Source: Eledone cirrhosa
Lineage: Eukaryota
Direction of reading: 5' to 3'
Assembly: GCA_964016885.1 (NCBI GenBank)
Contig: OZ024745.1
Span: 2,108,001 to 2,172,000 of the forward strand
DNA: 64,000 bases
The notes below the pieces were generated by a model, which worked only from the letters and a program-made list of their open reading frames with translations, searched no databases and was not told where the DNA came from. This document shows positions 8,901-26,900 of this stretch, piece by piece (positions within the stretch are counted from its first letter, which is position 1; the number at the start of each line of letters is the position of its first letter). A program made the position numbers and the translations under genes.

Positions 8901-11900
8901 ATATAAGACATTTGACCAGCCTATATATAGAGTACCCTATATATAAGACATTTGACCAGCCTATATATAAAATATCCTATATATAAGACATTTGACCAGC
9001 CTATATATAGAATATCCTACATATAAGACATTTGACCAGCCTATATACAGAATATCCTATATATAAGACATTTGACCAGCCTATATATAAAATATCCTAT
9101 ATATAAGAGATTTGACCTCCCGATATATAGAATATCCTATATATAAGACATTTGACCAGCCTATATATAAAATAACCTATGTATAAGACATTTGATCAGC
9201 CTGTATATAGAATACCCTATATATAAGACATTTGACCTGCCTATATATAAAATAACCTATGTATAAGACATTTCACCAGCCTATATATAAAATATCCTAT
9301 ATATAAGACATTTGACCAGCGTATATATAAAATAACCTATGTATAAGACATTTGACCAGCCTATATATAGAATACCCTATATATAAGACATTTGACCTGC
9401 CTATATATAGAATATCCTATATATAGGACATTTGACCAGCCTATATATAGAATACCCTATATATAAGACATTTGACCTCCCTATATATAGAATATCCTAT
9501 ATATAAGACATTTGACCAGCCTATATATATAATATCCTATATATAAGACATTTGACCTCCCTATATATAAAATAACCTATGTATAAGACATTTGACCAGC
9601 CTATATATAAGATATCCTATATATAAGACATTTGACCAGCCTATATATAAAATATCCTATATATAAGACATATGACCAGCCTATATATAAAATATGTCCT
9701 ATATATAAGACATTTGACCTGCCTATATATAGAATATCCTATATATAAGACATTTGACCAACCTATATATAGAATGTCCTATATATGACATTTGACCAGC
9801 CTATATATAAAATATCCTATATATAAGACATTTGACCAGCCTATATATAGAGTACCCTATATATAAGACATTTGACCAGCCTATATATAAAATATCCTAT
9901 ATATAAGACATTTGACCTGTCTATATATAGAATATCCTATATATAAGACATTTGACCTGCCTATATATAGAATATCCTATATATAAGACATTTGACCAGC
10001 CCATATATACAATATCCTATATATAAGACATTTGACCTTCCTAAATATAGAATATCCTATATATAAGACATTTGACCAGCCTATATATAGAATATCCTAT
10101 ATATAAGATATTTGACATGCCTATATATAGAATATCCTATATATAAGATATTTGACCTGCCTATCTAGAGAATATCCTATATATAAGACATTTGACCTGC
10201 CTATATATAGAATATCCTATATATAAGACATTTGACCTCCCTATATATAGAATATCCTATATATAAGACATTTGACCTACCTATATATAGAATATCCTAT
10301 ATATAAGACATTTGAGCTGCCTATATATAGAATATCCTACATATAAGTCATTTGACCTACCTACATATAGAATATCCTATATATAAGACATTTGATCTGC
10401 CTATATATAGAATATCCTATATATACGATATTTGACCTGCCTATATATAGAATATCCTATATATGACATTTGACCTGCCTATATATAGAATATCCTATAT
10501 ATAAACATTTGAGCTGCCTATATATAGAATATCCTATATATAAGACATTTGACCAGCCTATATATAGAATATCCTATATATAAGACATTTTACCAGCCTA
10601 TATATAGAATACCCTATATATAAGACATTTGACCTGCCTATATATAGAATATCCTATATATAAGACATTTGACCAGCCTATATATAGAATATCCTATATA
10701 TAAGACATTTGACCAGCCTATATATAGAATACCCTATATATAAGACATTTGACCTGCCTATATCTAGAATATCCTATATATAAGATATTTGACCTGCCTA
10801 TATATAGAATAGCCTATATATAAGACATTTGACAAGCCTATCTAAAGAATATCCTATATATAAGACATTTGACCAGCCTATATATAGAATATCCTACATA
10901 TAAGACATTTGACCAGCCTATATACAGAATATCCTATATATAAGACATTTGACCAGCCTATATATAAAATATCCTATATATAAGACATTTGACCTCCCTA
11001 TATATAGAATATCCTATATATAAGACATTTGACCAGCCTATATATAAAATAACCTATGTATAAGACATTTGATCAGCCTGTATATAGAATACCCTATATA
11101 TAAGACATTTGACCTGCCTATATATAAAATAACCTATGTATAAGACATTTCACCAGCCTATATATAAAATATCCTATATATAAGACATTTGACCAGCGTA
11201 TATATAAAATAACCTATGTATAAGACATTTGACCAGCCTATATATAGAATACCCTATATATAAGACATTTGACCTGCCTATATATAGAATATCCTATATA
11301 TAAGACATTTGACCAGCCTATATATAGAATACCCTATATATAAGACATTTGACCTCCCTATATATAGAATATCCTATGTATAAGACATTTGACCAGCCTA
11401 TATATAAAATATCCTATATATAAGACATTTGACCTCCCTATATATAAAATAACCTATGTATAAGACATTTGACCAGCCTATATATAAGATATCCTATATA
11501 TAAGACATTTGACCAGCCTATATATAAAATATCCTATATATAAGACATATGACCAGCCTATATATAAAATATGTCCTATATATAAGACATTTGACCTGCC
11601 TATATATAGAATATCCTATATATAAGACATTTGACCAAACTATATATAGAATGTCCTATATATGACATTTGACCAGCCTATATATAAAATATCCTATATA
11701 TGACATTTGACCAGCCTATATATAGAGTACCCTATATATAAGACATTTGACCAGCCTATATATAAAATATCCTATATATAAGACATTTGACCTGTCTATA
11801 TATAGAATATCCTATATATAAGACATTTGACCTGCCTATATATAGAATATCCTATATATAAGACATTTGACCAGCCCATATATACAATATCCTATATATA

Positions 11901-14900
11901 AGACATTTGACCTTCCTAAATATAGAATATCCTATATATAAGACATTTGACCAGCCTATATATAGAATATCCTATATATAAGATATTTTACCTGCCTATA
12001 TATAGAATATCCTATATATAAGATATTTGACCTGCCTATCTAGAGAATATCCTATATATAAGACATTTGACCTGCCTATATATAGAATATCCTATATATA
12101 AGACATTTGACCTCCCTATATATAGAATATCCTATATATAAGACATTTGACCTGCCTATATATAGAATATCCTATATATAAGACATTTGAGCTGCCTATA
12201 TATAGAATATCCTACATATAAGTCATTTGACCTACCTATATATAGAATATCCTATATATAAGACATTTGATCTGCCTATATATAGAATATCCTATATATA
12301 CGATATTTGACCTGCCTATATATAGAATATCCTATATATGACATTTGACCTGCCTATATATAGAATATCCTATATATAAACATTTGAGCTGCCTATATAT
12401 AGAATATCCTATATATAAGACATTTGACCAGCCTATATATAGAATATCCTATATATAAGACATTTTACCAGCCTATATATAGAATACCCTATATATAAGA
12501 CATTTGACCTGCCTATATATAGAATATCCTATATATAAGACATTTGACCAGCCTATATATAGAATATCCTATATATAAGACATTTGACCAGCCTATATAT
12601 AGAATACCCTATATATAAGACATTTGACCTGCCTATATATAGAATATCCTATATATAAGACATTTGACCAGCCTATATATAGAATACCCTACATATAAGA
12701 CATTTAACCTGCATATATCTAGAATATCCTATATATAAGATATTTGACCTGCCTATATATAGAATAGCCTATATATAAGACATTTGACCAGCCTATCTAA
12801 AGAATATCCTATATATAAACATTTGACCTGCCTATATATAGAATATCCTATATATAAGACATTTGACAAGCCTATATATAGAATACCCTATATATAAGAC
12901 ATTTGACCTGCCTATATATAGAATATCATATATATAAGATATTTGACCTGCCTATATATAGAATACCCTATATATAAGACATTTGACCAGCCTATCTAAA
13001 GAATATCCTATATATAAACATTTGACCTGCCTATATATAGAATATCCTATATATAAGACATTTGACCAGCCTATATATAGAATAACCTATATATAAGACA
13101 TTTGACCTGCCTATATATAGAATATCCTATATATAAGATATTTGATCTGCCTATATATAGAATACCCTATATATAAGATATTTGACCTGCCTATATATAG
13201 AATACCCTATATATAAGACATTTGACCAGCCTATCTAAAGAATATCCTATATATAAACATTTGACCTGCCTATATATAGAATATCCTATATATAAGACAT
13301 TTGACCAGCCTATATATGGAATACCCTATATATAAGACATTTGACCTGCCTATATATAGAATATCCTATATATAAGACATTTGACCTGCCTATATATAGA
13401 ATATCCTACATATAAGACATTTGACCAGCCTATATATAGAATACCCTATATATAAGACATTTGACCTGCCTATATATAGAATATCCTATATATAAGACAT
13501 TTGTCCTGCCTATATATAGAATATCCTATATATACGACATTTGACGTGCCTATATATAGAATATCCTATATATAAGATATTTGACCTGCCTATATAGAAT
13601 ATCCTATATATAAGATATTTGACCTGCCTATCTAGAGAATAGCCTATATATAAGACATTTGACCTGCCTATATATAGAATATCCTATATATAAGACATTT
13701 GACCTCCCTATATATAGAATATCCTATATATAAGACATTTGACCTGCCTATATATAGAATATCCTATATATAAGATATTTGACCTGCCTATATATAGAAT
13801 ACCCTATATATAAGATATTTGACCTGCCTATATATAGAATACCCTATATATAAGACATTTGACCAGCCTATCTAAAGAATATCCTATATATAAACATTTG
13901 ACCTGCCTATATATAGAATATCCTATATATAAGACATTTGACCAGCCTATATATAGAATACCCTATATATAAGATATTTGACCTGCCTATATATAGAATA
14001 CCCTATATATAAGATATTTGACCTGCCTATATATAGAATACCCTATATATAAGACATTTGACCAGCCTATCTAAAGAATATCCTATATATAAACATTTGA
14101 CCTGCCTATATATAGAATATCCTATATATAAGACATTTGACCAGCCTATATATAGAATACCCTATATATAAGACATTTGACCTGCCTATATATAGAATAT
14201 CCTATATATAAGATATTTGACCTGCCTATATATAGAATACCCTATATATAAGACATTTGACCAGCCTATCTAAAGAATATCCTATATATAAACATTTAAC
14301 CTGCCTATATATAGAATATCCTATATATAAGACATTTGACCAGCCTATATATAGAATACCCTATATATAAGACATTTGACCTGCCTACATATAGAATATC
14401 CTCTATATAAGATATTTGACCTGCCTATATATAGAATACCCTATATATAAGATATTTGACCTGCCTATATATAGAATATCCTATATATAAGACATTTGAC
14501 CAGCCTATCTAAAGAATATCCTATATATAAACATTTGACCTGCCTATATATAGAATATCCTATATATAAGACATTTGACCAGCCTATATATAGAATACCC
14601 TATATAAAAGACATTTGACCTGCCTATATATAGAATATCCTATATATAAGACATTTGACCTGCCTATATATAGAATATCCTACATATAAGACATTTGACC
14701 AGCCTATATATAGAATACCCTATATATAAGACATTTGACCTCCCTATATATAGAATATCCTATATATACGACATTTGACCTGCCTATATGTAGAATATCC
14801 TATATATAAGATATTTGACCTGCCTATATATAGAATATCCTATATATAAGATATTTGACCTGCCTATCTAGAGAATATCCTATATATAAGACATTTGACC

Positions 14901-17900
14901 TGCCTATATATAGAATATCCTATATATAAGACATTTGACCTCCCTATATATAGAATATCCTATATATAAGACATTTGACCTGCCTATATATAGAATATCC
15001 TATATATAAGATATTTGACCTGCCTATATATAGAATACCCTATATATAAGATATTTGACCTGCCTATATATAGAATACCCTATATATAAGACATTAGACC
15101 AGCCTATATATAAGATATCCTATATATAAGACATTTGACATCCCTATATATAAAATAACCTATGTATAAGTCATTTGACCAGTCTATATATAAGATATCC
15201 TATATATAAGACATTTGACCAGCCTATATATAAAATAACCTATGTATAAGACATTTGACCAGCCTATATATAGAATGTCCTATATATGACATTTGACCTG
15301 CCTATATATAGAATATCCTATATATAAGACATATGACCAGCCTATATATAAAATAACCTATGTATAAGACATTTGACCAGCCTATATATAGAATGTCCTA
15401 TATATAAGACATTTGACCTGCCTATATATAGAATATCCTATATATAAGACATTTGACCAACCTATATATAGAATGTCCTATATATGAGACATTTGACCAG
15501 CCTATATATCAAATATCCTATATATAAGACATTTGACCTGTCTATATATAGAATATCCTATATATAAGACATTTGACCTGCCTATATATAGAATATCCTA
15601 CATATAAGACATTTGACCAGCCTATATATAGAATATCCTATATATAAGACATTTGACCAGCCTATATATAAAATATCCTATATATAAGACATTTGACCTC
15701 CCTATATATAGAATATCCTATATATAAGACATTTGACCAGCCTATATATAAAATAACCTATGTATAAGACATTTGATCAGCCTGTATATAGAATACCCTA
15801 TATATAAGACATTTGACCTGCCTATATATAAAATAACCTATGTATAAGACATTTGACCAGCCTATATATAAAATATCCTATATATAAGACATTTGACCAG
15901 CGTATATACAAAATAACCTATGTATAAGACATTTGACCAGCCTATATATAGAATACCCTATATATAAGACATTTGACCTCCCTATATATAGAATATCCTA
16001 TATATAAGACATTTGACCAGCCTATATATAAAATATCCTATATATAAGGCATTTGACCTCCCTATATATAAAATAACCTATGTATAAGACATTTGACCAG
16101 CCTATATATAAGATATCCTATATATGACATTTGACCAGCCTATATATAAAATATCCTATATATTAGACATATGACCAGCCTATATATAAAATAACCTATG
16201 TATAAGACATTTGACCAGCCTATATATAGAATGTCCTATATATAAGACATTTGACCTGCCTATATATAGAATATCCTATATATAGGACATTTGACCAACC
16301 TATATATAGAATGTCCTATATATAAGACATTTGACCAGCCTATATATAAAATATCCTATATATAAGACATTTGACCAGCCTATATATAGAGTACCCTATA
16401 TATAAGACATTTGACCAGCCTATATATAAAATATCCTATATATAAGACATTTGACCTGTCTATATATAGAATATCCTATATATAAGACATTTGACCTGCC
16501 TATATATAGAATATCCTATATATAAGACATTTGACCAGCCCATATATAAAATATCCTATATATAAGACATTTGACCTTCCTAAATATAGAATATCCTATA
16601 TATAAGACATTTGACCAGCCTATATATAGAATATCCTATATATAAGATATTTGACAAGCCTATATATAGAATATCCTATATATAAGATATTTGACCTGCC
16701 TATCTAGAGAATATCCTATATATAAGACATTTGACCTGCCTATATATAGAATATCCTATATATAAGACATTTAACCTCCCTATATATAGAATATCCTATA
16801 TATAAGACATTTGACCTGCCTATATATAGAATATCCTACATATAATTCATTTGACCTACCTATATATAGAATATCCTATAGATAAGACATTTGACCAGCC
16901 TATATATAGAATATCCTATATATACGACATTTGACCTGCCTATATATAGAATATCCTATATATAAGACATTTGACCAGCCTATATATAGAATACCCTATA
17001 TAAAAGACATTTGACCTGCCTATATATAGAATATCCTATATATAAGACATTTGACCTGCCTATATATAGAATATCCTACATATAAGACATTTGACCAGCC
17101 TATATATAGAATACCCTATATATAAGACATTTGACCAGCCTATATATAAGATATCCTATATATGACATTTGACCAGCCTATATATAAAATATCCTATATA
17201 TTAGACATATGACCAGCCTATATATAAAATAACCTATGTATAAGACATTTGACCAGCCTATATATAGAATGTCCTATATATAAGACATTTGACCTGCCTA
17301 TATATAGAATATCCTATATATAAGACATTTGACCAACCTATATATAGAATGTCCTATATATAAGACATTTGACCAGCCTATATATAAAATATCCTATATA
17401 TAAGACATTTGACCAGCCTATATATAGAGTACCCTATATATAAGACATTTGACCAGCCTATATATAAAATATCCTATATATAAGACATTTGACCTGTCTA
17501 TATATAGAATATCCTATATATAAGACATTTGACCTGCCTATATATAGAATATCCTATATATAAGACATTTGACCAGCCCATATATAAAATATCCTATATA
17601 TGACATTTGACCTTCCTAAATATAGAATATCCTATATATAAGACATTTGACCGGCCTATATATAGAATATCCTATATATAAGATATTTGACAAGCCTATA
17701 TATAGAATATCCTATATATAAGATATTTGACCTGCCTATCTAGAGAATATCCTATATATAAGACATTTGACCTGCCTATATATAGAATATCCTATATATA
17801 AGACATTTGACCTCCCTATATATAGAATATCCTATATATAAGACATTTGACCTGCCTATATATAGAATATCCTACATATAATTCATTTGACCTACCTATA

Positions 17901-20900
17901 TATAGAATATCCTATAGATAAGACATTTGACCAGCCTATATATAGAATATCCTATATATACGACATTTGACCTGCCTATATATAGAATATCCTATATATA
18001 AGACATTTGACCAGCCTATATATAGAATACCCTATATAAAAGACATTTGACCTGCCTATATATAGAATATCCTATATATAAGACATTTGACCTGCCTATA
18101 TATAGAATATCCTACATATAAGACATTTGACCAGCCTATATATAGAATACCCTATATATAAGACATTTGACCTCCCTATATATAGAATATCCTATATATA
18201 CGACATTTGACCTGCCTATATGTAGAATATCCTATATATAAGATATTTGACCTGCCTATATATAGAATATCCTATATATAAGATATTTGACCTGCCTATC
18301 TAGAGAATATCCTATATATAAGACATTTGACCTGCCTATATATAGAATATCCTATATATAAGACATTTGACCTCCCTATATATAGAATATCCTATATATA
18401 AGACATTTGACCTGCCTATATATAGAATATCCTATATATAAGACATTTGACCAGCCTATATATAGAATACCCTATATAAAAGACATTTGACCTGCCTATA
18501 TATACAATATCCTATATATGACATTTGACCTGCCTATATATAGAATATCCTACATATAAGACATTTGACCAGCCTATATATAGAATACCCTATATATAAG
18601 ACATTTGACCTCCCTATATATAGAATATCCTATATATACGACATTTGACCTGCCTATATGTAGAATATCCTATATATAAGATATTTGACCTGCCTATATA
18701 TAGAATATCCTATATATAAGATATTTGACCTGCCTATCTAGAGAATATCCTATATATAAGACATTTGACCTGCCTATATATAGAATATCCTATATATAAG
18801 ACATTTGACCTCCCTATATATAGAATATCCTATATATAAGACATTTGACCAGCCTATATATAAAATAACCTATGTATAAGACATTTGACCAGCCTATATA
18901 TAGAATGTCCTATATATAAGACATTTGACCTGCCTATATATAGAATATCCTATATATAAGACATATGACCAGCCTATATATAAAATAATCTATGTATAAG
19001 ACATTTGACCAGCCTATATATAGAATGTCCTATATATAAGACATTTGACCTGCCTATATATAGAATATCCTATATATAAGACATTTGACCAACCTATATA
19101 TAGAATGTCCTATATATAAGACATTTGACCAGCCTATATATAAAATATCCTATATATAAGACATTTGACCTGTCTATATATAGAATATCCTATATATAAG
19201 ACATTTGACCTGCCTATATATAGAATATCCTACATATAAGACATTTGACCAGCCTATATATAGAATATCCTATATATAAGACATTTGACCAGCCTATATA
19301 TAAAATATCCTATATATAAGACATTTGACCTCCCTCTCTATAGAATATCCTATATATAAGACATTTGACCAGCCTATATATAAAATAACCTATGTATAAG
19401 ACATTTGATCAGCCTGTATATAGAATACCCTATATATAAGACATTTGACCTGCCTATATATAAAATAACCTATGTATAAGACATTTGACCAGCCTATATA
19501 TAGAATACCCTATATATAAGACATTTGACCTCCCTATATATAGAATATCCTATATATAAGACATTTGACCATCCTATATATAAAATATCCTATATATAAG
19601 ACATTTGACCTCCCTATATATAAAATAACCTATGTATAAGACATTTGACCAGCCTATATATAAGATATCCTATATATAAGACATTTGACCAGCCTATATA
19701 TAAAATATCCTATATATAAGACATATGACCAGCCTATATATAAAATAACCTATGTATAAGACATTTGACCAGCCTATATATAGAATGTCCTATATATAAG
19801 ACATTTGACCTGCCTATATATAGAATATCCTATATATAAGACATTTGACCAACCTATATATAGAATGTTCTATATATAAGACATTTGACCAGCCTATATA
19901 TAAAATATCCTATATATAAGACATTTGACCAGCCTATATATAGAGTACCCTATATATAAGACATTTGACCAGCCTATATATAAAATATCCTATATATAAG
20001 ACATTTGACCTGTCTATATATAGAATATCCTATATATAAGACATTTGACCTGCCTATATATAGAATATCCTATATATAAGACATTTGACCAGCCCATATA
20101 TAAAATATCCTATATATAAGACATTTGACCTTCCTAAATATAGAATATCCTATATATAAGACATTTGACCAGCCTATATATAGAATATCCTATATATAAG
20201 ATATTTGACAAGCCTATATATAGAATATCCTATATATAAGATATTTGACCTGCCTATCTAGAGAATATCCTATATATAAGACATTTGACCTGCCTATATA
20301 TAGAATATCCTATATATAAGACATTTGACCTGCCTATATATAGAATATCCTACATATAATTCATTTGACCTACCTATATATAGAATATCCTATAGATAAG
20401 TCATTTGACCTCCCTATATATAGAATATCCTATATATACGACATTTGACCTGCCTATATGTAGAATATCCTATATATAAGATATTTGACCTGCCTATATT
20501 TAGAATATCCTATATATAAGATATTTGACCTGCCTATCTAGAGAATATCCTATATATAAGACATTTGACCTGCCTATATATAGAATATCCTATATATAAG
20601 ACATTTGACCTGCCTATATATAGAATATCCTATATATAAGATATTTGACCTGCCTATATATAGAATGCCCTATATATAAGATATTTGACCTGCCTATATA
20701 TAGAATACCCTATATATAAGACATTAGACCAGCCTATATATAAGATATCCTATATATAAGACATTTGACCTCCCTATATATAAAATAACCTATGTATAAG
20801 ACATTTGACCAGTCTATATATAAGATATCCTATATATAAGACATTTGACCAGCCTATATATAAAATAACCTATGTATAAGACATTTGACCAGCCTATATA

Positions 20901-23900
20901 TAGAATGTCCTATATATAAGACATTTGACCTGCCTATATATAGAATATCCTATATACAAGACATATGACCAGCCTATATATAAAATAACCTATGTATAAG
21001 ACATTTGACCAGCCTATATATAGAATGTCCTATATATAAGACATTTGACCTGCCTATATATAGAATATCCTATATATAAGACATTTGACCAACCTATATA
21101 TAGAATGTCCTATATATAAGACATTTGACCAGCCTATATATAAAATATCCTATATATAAGACATTTGACCAGCCTATATATAAAATAACCTATGTATAAG
21201 ACATTTGATCAGCCTGTATATAGAATACCCTATATATAAGACATTTGACCTACCTATATATAAAATAACCTATGTATAAGACATTTGATCAGCCTGTATA
21301 TAGAATACCCTATATATAAGACATTTGACCTACCTATATATAAAATAACCTATGTATAAGACATTTGACCAGCCTATATATAAAATATCCTATATATAAG
21401 ACATTTGACCAGCGTATATACAAAATAACCTATGAATAAGACATTTGACCAGCCTATATATAGAATACCCTATATATAAGACATTTGACCTCCCTATATA
21501 TAGAATATCCTATATATAAGACATTTGACCAGCCTATATATAAAATATCCTATATATAAGACATTTGACCTCCCTATATATAAAATAACCTATGTGTAAG
21601 ACATTTGACCAGCCTATATATAAGATATACTATATATAAGACATTTGACCAGCCTATATATAAAATATCCTATATATAAGACATATGACCAGCCTATATA
21701 TAAAATAACCTATGTATAAGACATTTGACCAGCCTATATATAGAATGTCCTATATATAAGACATTTGACCTGCCTATATATAGAATATCCTATATATAAG
21801 ACATTTGACCAACCTATATATAGAATGTCCTATATATAAGACATTTGACCAGCCTATATATAGAATATCCTATATATAAGACATTTGACCAGCCTATATA
21901 TAGAGTACCCTATATATAAGACATTTGACCAGCCTATATATAAAATATCCTATATATAAGACATTTGACCTGTCTATATATAGAATATCCTATATATAAG
22001 ACATTTGACCTGCCTATATATAGAATATCCTATATATAAGACATTTGACCAGCCCATATATAAAATATCCTATATATGACATTTGACCTTCCTAAATATA
22101 GAATATCCTATATATAAGACATTTGACCGGCCTATATATAGAATATCCTATATATAAGATATTTGACAAGCCTATATATAGAATATCCTATATATAAGAT
22201 ATTTGACCTGCCTATCTAGAGAATATCCTATATATAAGACATTTGACCTGCCTATATATAGAATCTCCTATATATAAGACATTTGACCTCCCTATATATA
22301 GAATATCCTATATATAAGACATTTGACCTGCCTATATATAGAATATCCTACATATAATTCATTTGACCTACCTATATATAGAATATCCTATAGATAAGAC
22401 ATTTGACCAGCCTATATATAGAATATCCTATATATACGACATTTGACCTGCCTATATATAGAATATCCTATATATAAGACATTTGACCAGCCTATATATA
22501 GAATACCCTATATAAAAGACATTTGACCTGCCTATATATAGAATATCCTATATATAAGACATTTGACCTGCCTATATATAGAATATCCTACATATAAGAC
22601 ATTTGACCAGCCTATATATAGAATACCCTATATATAAGACATTTGACCTCCCTATATATAGAATATCCTATATATACGACATTTGACCTGCCTATATGTA
22701 GAATATCCTATATATAAGATATTTGACCTGCCTATATATAGAATATCCTATATATAAGATATTTGACCTGCCTATCTAGAGAATATCCTATATATAAGAC
22801 ATTTGACCTGCCTATATATAGAATATCCTATATATAAGACATTTGACCTCCCAATATATAGAATATCCTATATATAAGACATTTGACCTGCCTATATATA
22901 GAATATCCTATATATAAGACATTTGACCAGCCTATATATAGAATACCCTATATAAAAGACATTTGACCTGCCTATATATAGAATATCCTATATATAAGAC
23001 ATTTGACCTGCCTATATATAGAATATCCTACATATAAGACATTTGACCAGCCTATATATAGAATACCCTATATATAAGACATTTGACCTCCCTATATATA
23101 GAATATCCTATATATACGACATTTGACCTGCCTATATGTAGGATATCCTATATATAAGATATTTGACCTGCCTATATATAGAATATCCTATATATAAGAT
23201 ATTTGACCTGCCTATCTAGAGAATATCCTATATATAAGACATTTGACCTGCCTATATATAGAATATCCTATATATAAGACATTTGACCTCCCTATATATA
23301 GAATATCCGATATATAAGACATTTGACCTGCCTATATATAGAATATCCTATATATAAGATATTTGACCTGCTTATATATAGAATACCCTATATATAAGAT
23401 ATTTGACCTGCCTATATATAGAATACCCTATATATAAGACATTAGACCAGCCTATATATAAGATATCCTATATATAAGACATTTGACCTCCCTATATATA
23501 AAATAACCTATGTATAAGACATTTGACCAGCCTATATATAAGATATCCTATATATAAGACATTTGACCAGCCTATATATAAAATATCCTATATATAAGAC
23601 ATATGACCAGCCTATATATAAAATAACCTATGTATAAGACATTTGACCAGCCTATATATAGAATGTCCTATATATAAGACATTTGACCTGCCTATATATA
23701 GAATATCCTATATATAAGACATTTGACCAACCTATATATAGAATGTTCTATATATAAGACATTTGACCAGCCTATATATAAAATATCCTATATATAAGAC
23801 ATTTGACCAGCATATATATAGAGTACCCTATATATAAGACATTTGACCAGCCTATATATAAAATATCCTATATATAAGACATTTGACCTGTCTATATATA

Positions 23901-26900
23901 GAATATCCTATATATAAGACATTTGACCTGCCTATATATAGAATATCCTATATATAAGACATTTGACCAGCCCATATATAAAATATCCTATATATAAGAC
24001 ATTTGACCTTCCTAAATATAGAATATCCTATATATAAGACATTTGACCAGCCTATATATAGAATATCCTATATATAAGATATTTGACAAGCCTATATATA
24101 GAATATCCTATATATAAGATATTTGACCTGCCTATCTAGAGAATATCCTATATATAAGACATTTGACCTGTCTATATATAGAATATCCTATATATGACAT
24201 TTGACCTGCCTATATATAGAATATCCTACATATAATTCATTTGACCTACCTATATATAGAATATCCTATAGATAAGACATTTGACCTCCCTATATATAGA
24301 ATATCCTATATATACGACATTTGACCTGCCTATATGTAGAATATCCTATATATAAGATATTTGACCTGCCTATATATAGAATATCCTATATATAAGATAT
24401 TTGACCTGCCTATCTAGAGAATATCCTATATATAAGACATTTGACCTGCCTATATATAGAATATCCTATATATAAGACATTTGACCTCCCTATATATAGA
24501 ATATCCTATATATCAGACATTTGACCTGCCTATATATAGAATATCCTATATATAAGATATTTGACCTGCCTATATATAGAATGCCCTATATATAAGATAT
24601 TTGACCTGCCTATATATAGAATACCCTATATATAAGACATTAGACCAGCCTATATATAAGATATCCTATATATAAGACATTTGACCTCCCTATATATAAA
24701 ATAACCTATGTATAAGACATTTGACCAGTCTATATATAAGATATCCTATATATAAGACATTTGACCAGCCTATATATAAAATAACCTATGTATAAGACAT
24801 TTGACCAGCCTATATATAGAATGTCCTATATATAAGACATTTGACCTGCCTATATATAGAATATCCTATATATAAGACATATGACCAGCCTATATATAAA
24901 ATAACCTATGTATAAGACATTTGACCAGCCTATATATAGAATGTCCTATATATAAGACATTTGACCTGCCTATATATAGAATATCCTATATATAAGACAT
25001 TTGACCAACCTATATATAGAATGTCCTACATATAAGACATTTGACCAGCCTATATATAAAATATCCTATATATAAGACATTTGACCTGCCTATATATAGA
25101 ATATCCTATATATAAGACATTTGACCTCCCTATATATAGAATATCCTATATATAAGACATTTGACCTGCCTATATATAGAATATCCTATATATAAGACAT
25201 TTGACCAGCCTATATATAGAATACCCTATATAAAAGACATTTGACCTGCCTATATATAGAATATCCTATATATAAGACATTTGACCTGCCTATATATAGA
25301 ATATCCTACATATAAGACATTTGACCAGCCTATATATAGAATACCCTATATATAAGACATTTGACCTCCCTATATATAGAATATCCTATATATACGACAT
25401 TTGACCTGCCTATATGTAGAATATCCTATATATAAGATATTTGACCTGCCTATATATAGAATATCCTATATATAAGATATTTGACCTGCCTATCTAGAGA
25501 ATATCCTATATATAAGACATTTGACCTGCCTATATATAGAATATCCCATATATAAGACATTTGACCTCCCTATATATAGAATATCCGATATATAAGACAT
25601 TTGACCTGCCTATATATAGAATATCCTATATATAAGATATTTGACCTGCTTATATATAGAATACCCTATATATAAGATATTTGACCTGCCTATATATAGA
25701 ATACCCTATATATAAGACATTAGACCAGCCTATATATAAGATATCCTATATATAAGACATTTGACCTCCCTATATATAAAATAACCTATGTATAAGACAT
25801 TTGACCAGCCTATATATAAGATATCCTATATATAAGACATTTGACCAGCCTATATATAAAATATCCTATATATAAGACATATGACCAGCCTATATATAAA
25901 ATAACCTATGTATAAGACATTTGACCAGCCTATATATAGAATGTCCTATATATAAGACATTTGACCTGCCTATATATAGAATATCCTATATATCAGACAT
26001 TTGACCTGCCTATATATAGAATATCCTATATATAAGATATTTGACCTGCCTATATATAGAATGCCCTATATATAAGATATTTGACCTGCCTATATATAGA
26101 ATACCCTATATATAAGACATTAGACCAGCCTATATATAAGATATCCTATATATAAGACATTTGACCTCCCTATATATAAAATAACCTATGTATAAGACAT
26201 TTGACCAGTCTATATATAAGATATCCTATATATAAGACATTTGACCAGCCTATATGTAAAATAACCTATGTATAAGACATTTGACCAGCCTATATATAGA
26301 ATGTCCTATATATAAGACATTTGACCTGCCTATATATAGAATATCCTATATATAAGACATATGACCAGCCTATATATAAAATAACCTATGTATAAGACAT
26401 TTGACCAGCCTATATATAGAATGTCCTATATATAAGACATTTGACCTGCCTATATATAGAATATCCTATATATAAGACATTTGACCAACCTATATATAGA
26501 ATGTCCTATATATAAGACATTTGACCAGCCTATATATAAAATATCCTATATATAAGACATTTGACCTGCCTATATATAGAATATCCTATATATAAGACAT
26601 TTGACCTCCCTATATATAGAATATCCTATATATAAGACATTTGACCTGCCTATATATAGAATATCCTATATATAAGACATTTGACCAGCCTATATATAGA
26701 ATACCCTATATAAAAGACATTTGACCTGCCTATATATAGAATATCCTATATATAAGACATTTGACCTGCCTATATATAGAATATCCTACATATAAGACAT
26801 TTGACCAGCCTATATATAGAATACCCTATATATAAGACATTTGACCTCCCTATATATAGAATATCCTATATATACGACATTTGACCTGCCTATATGTAGA

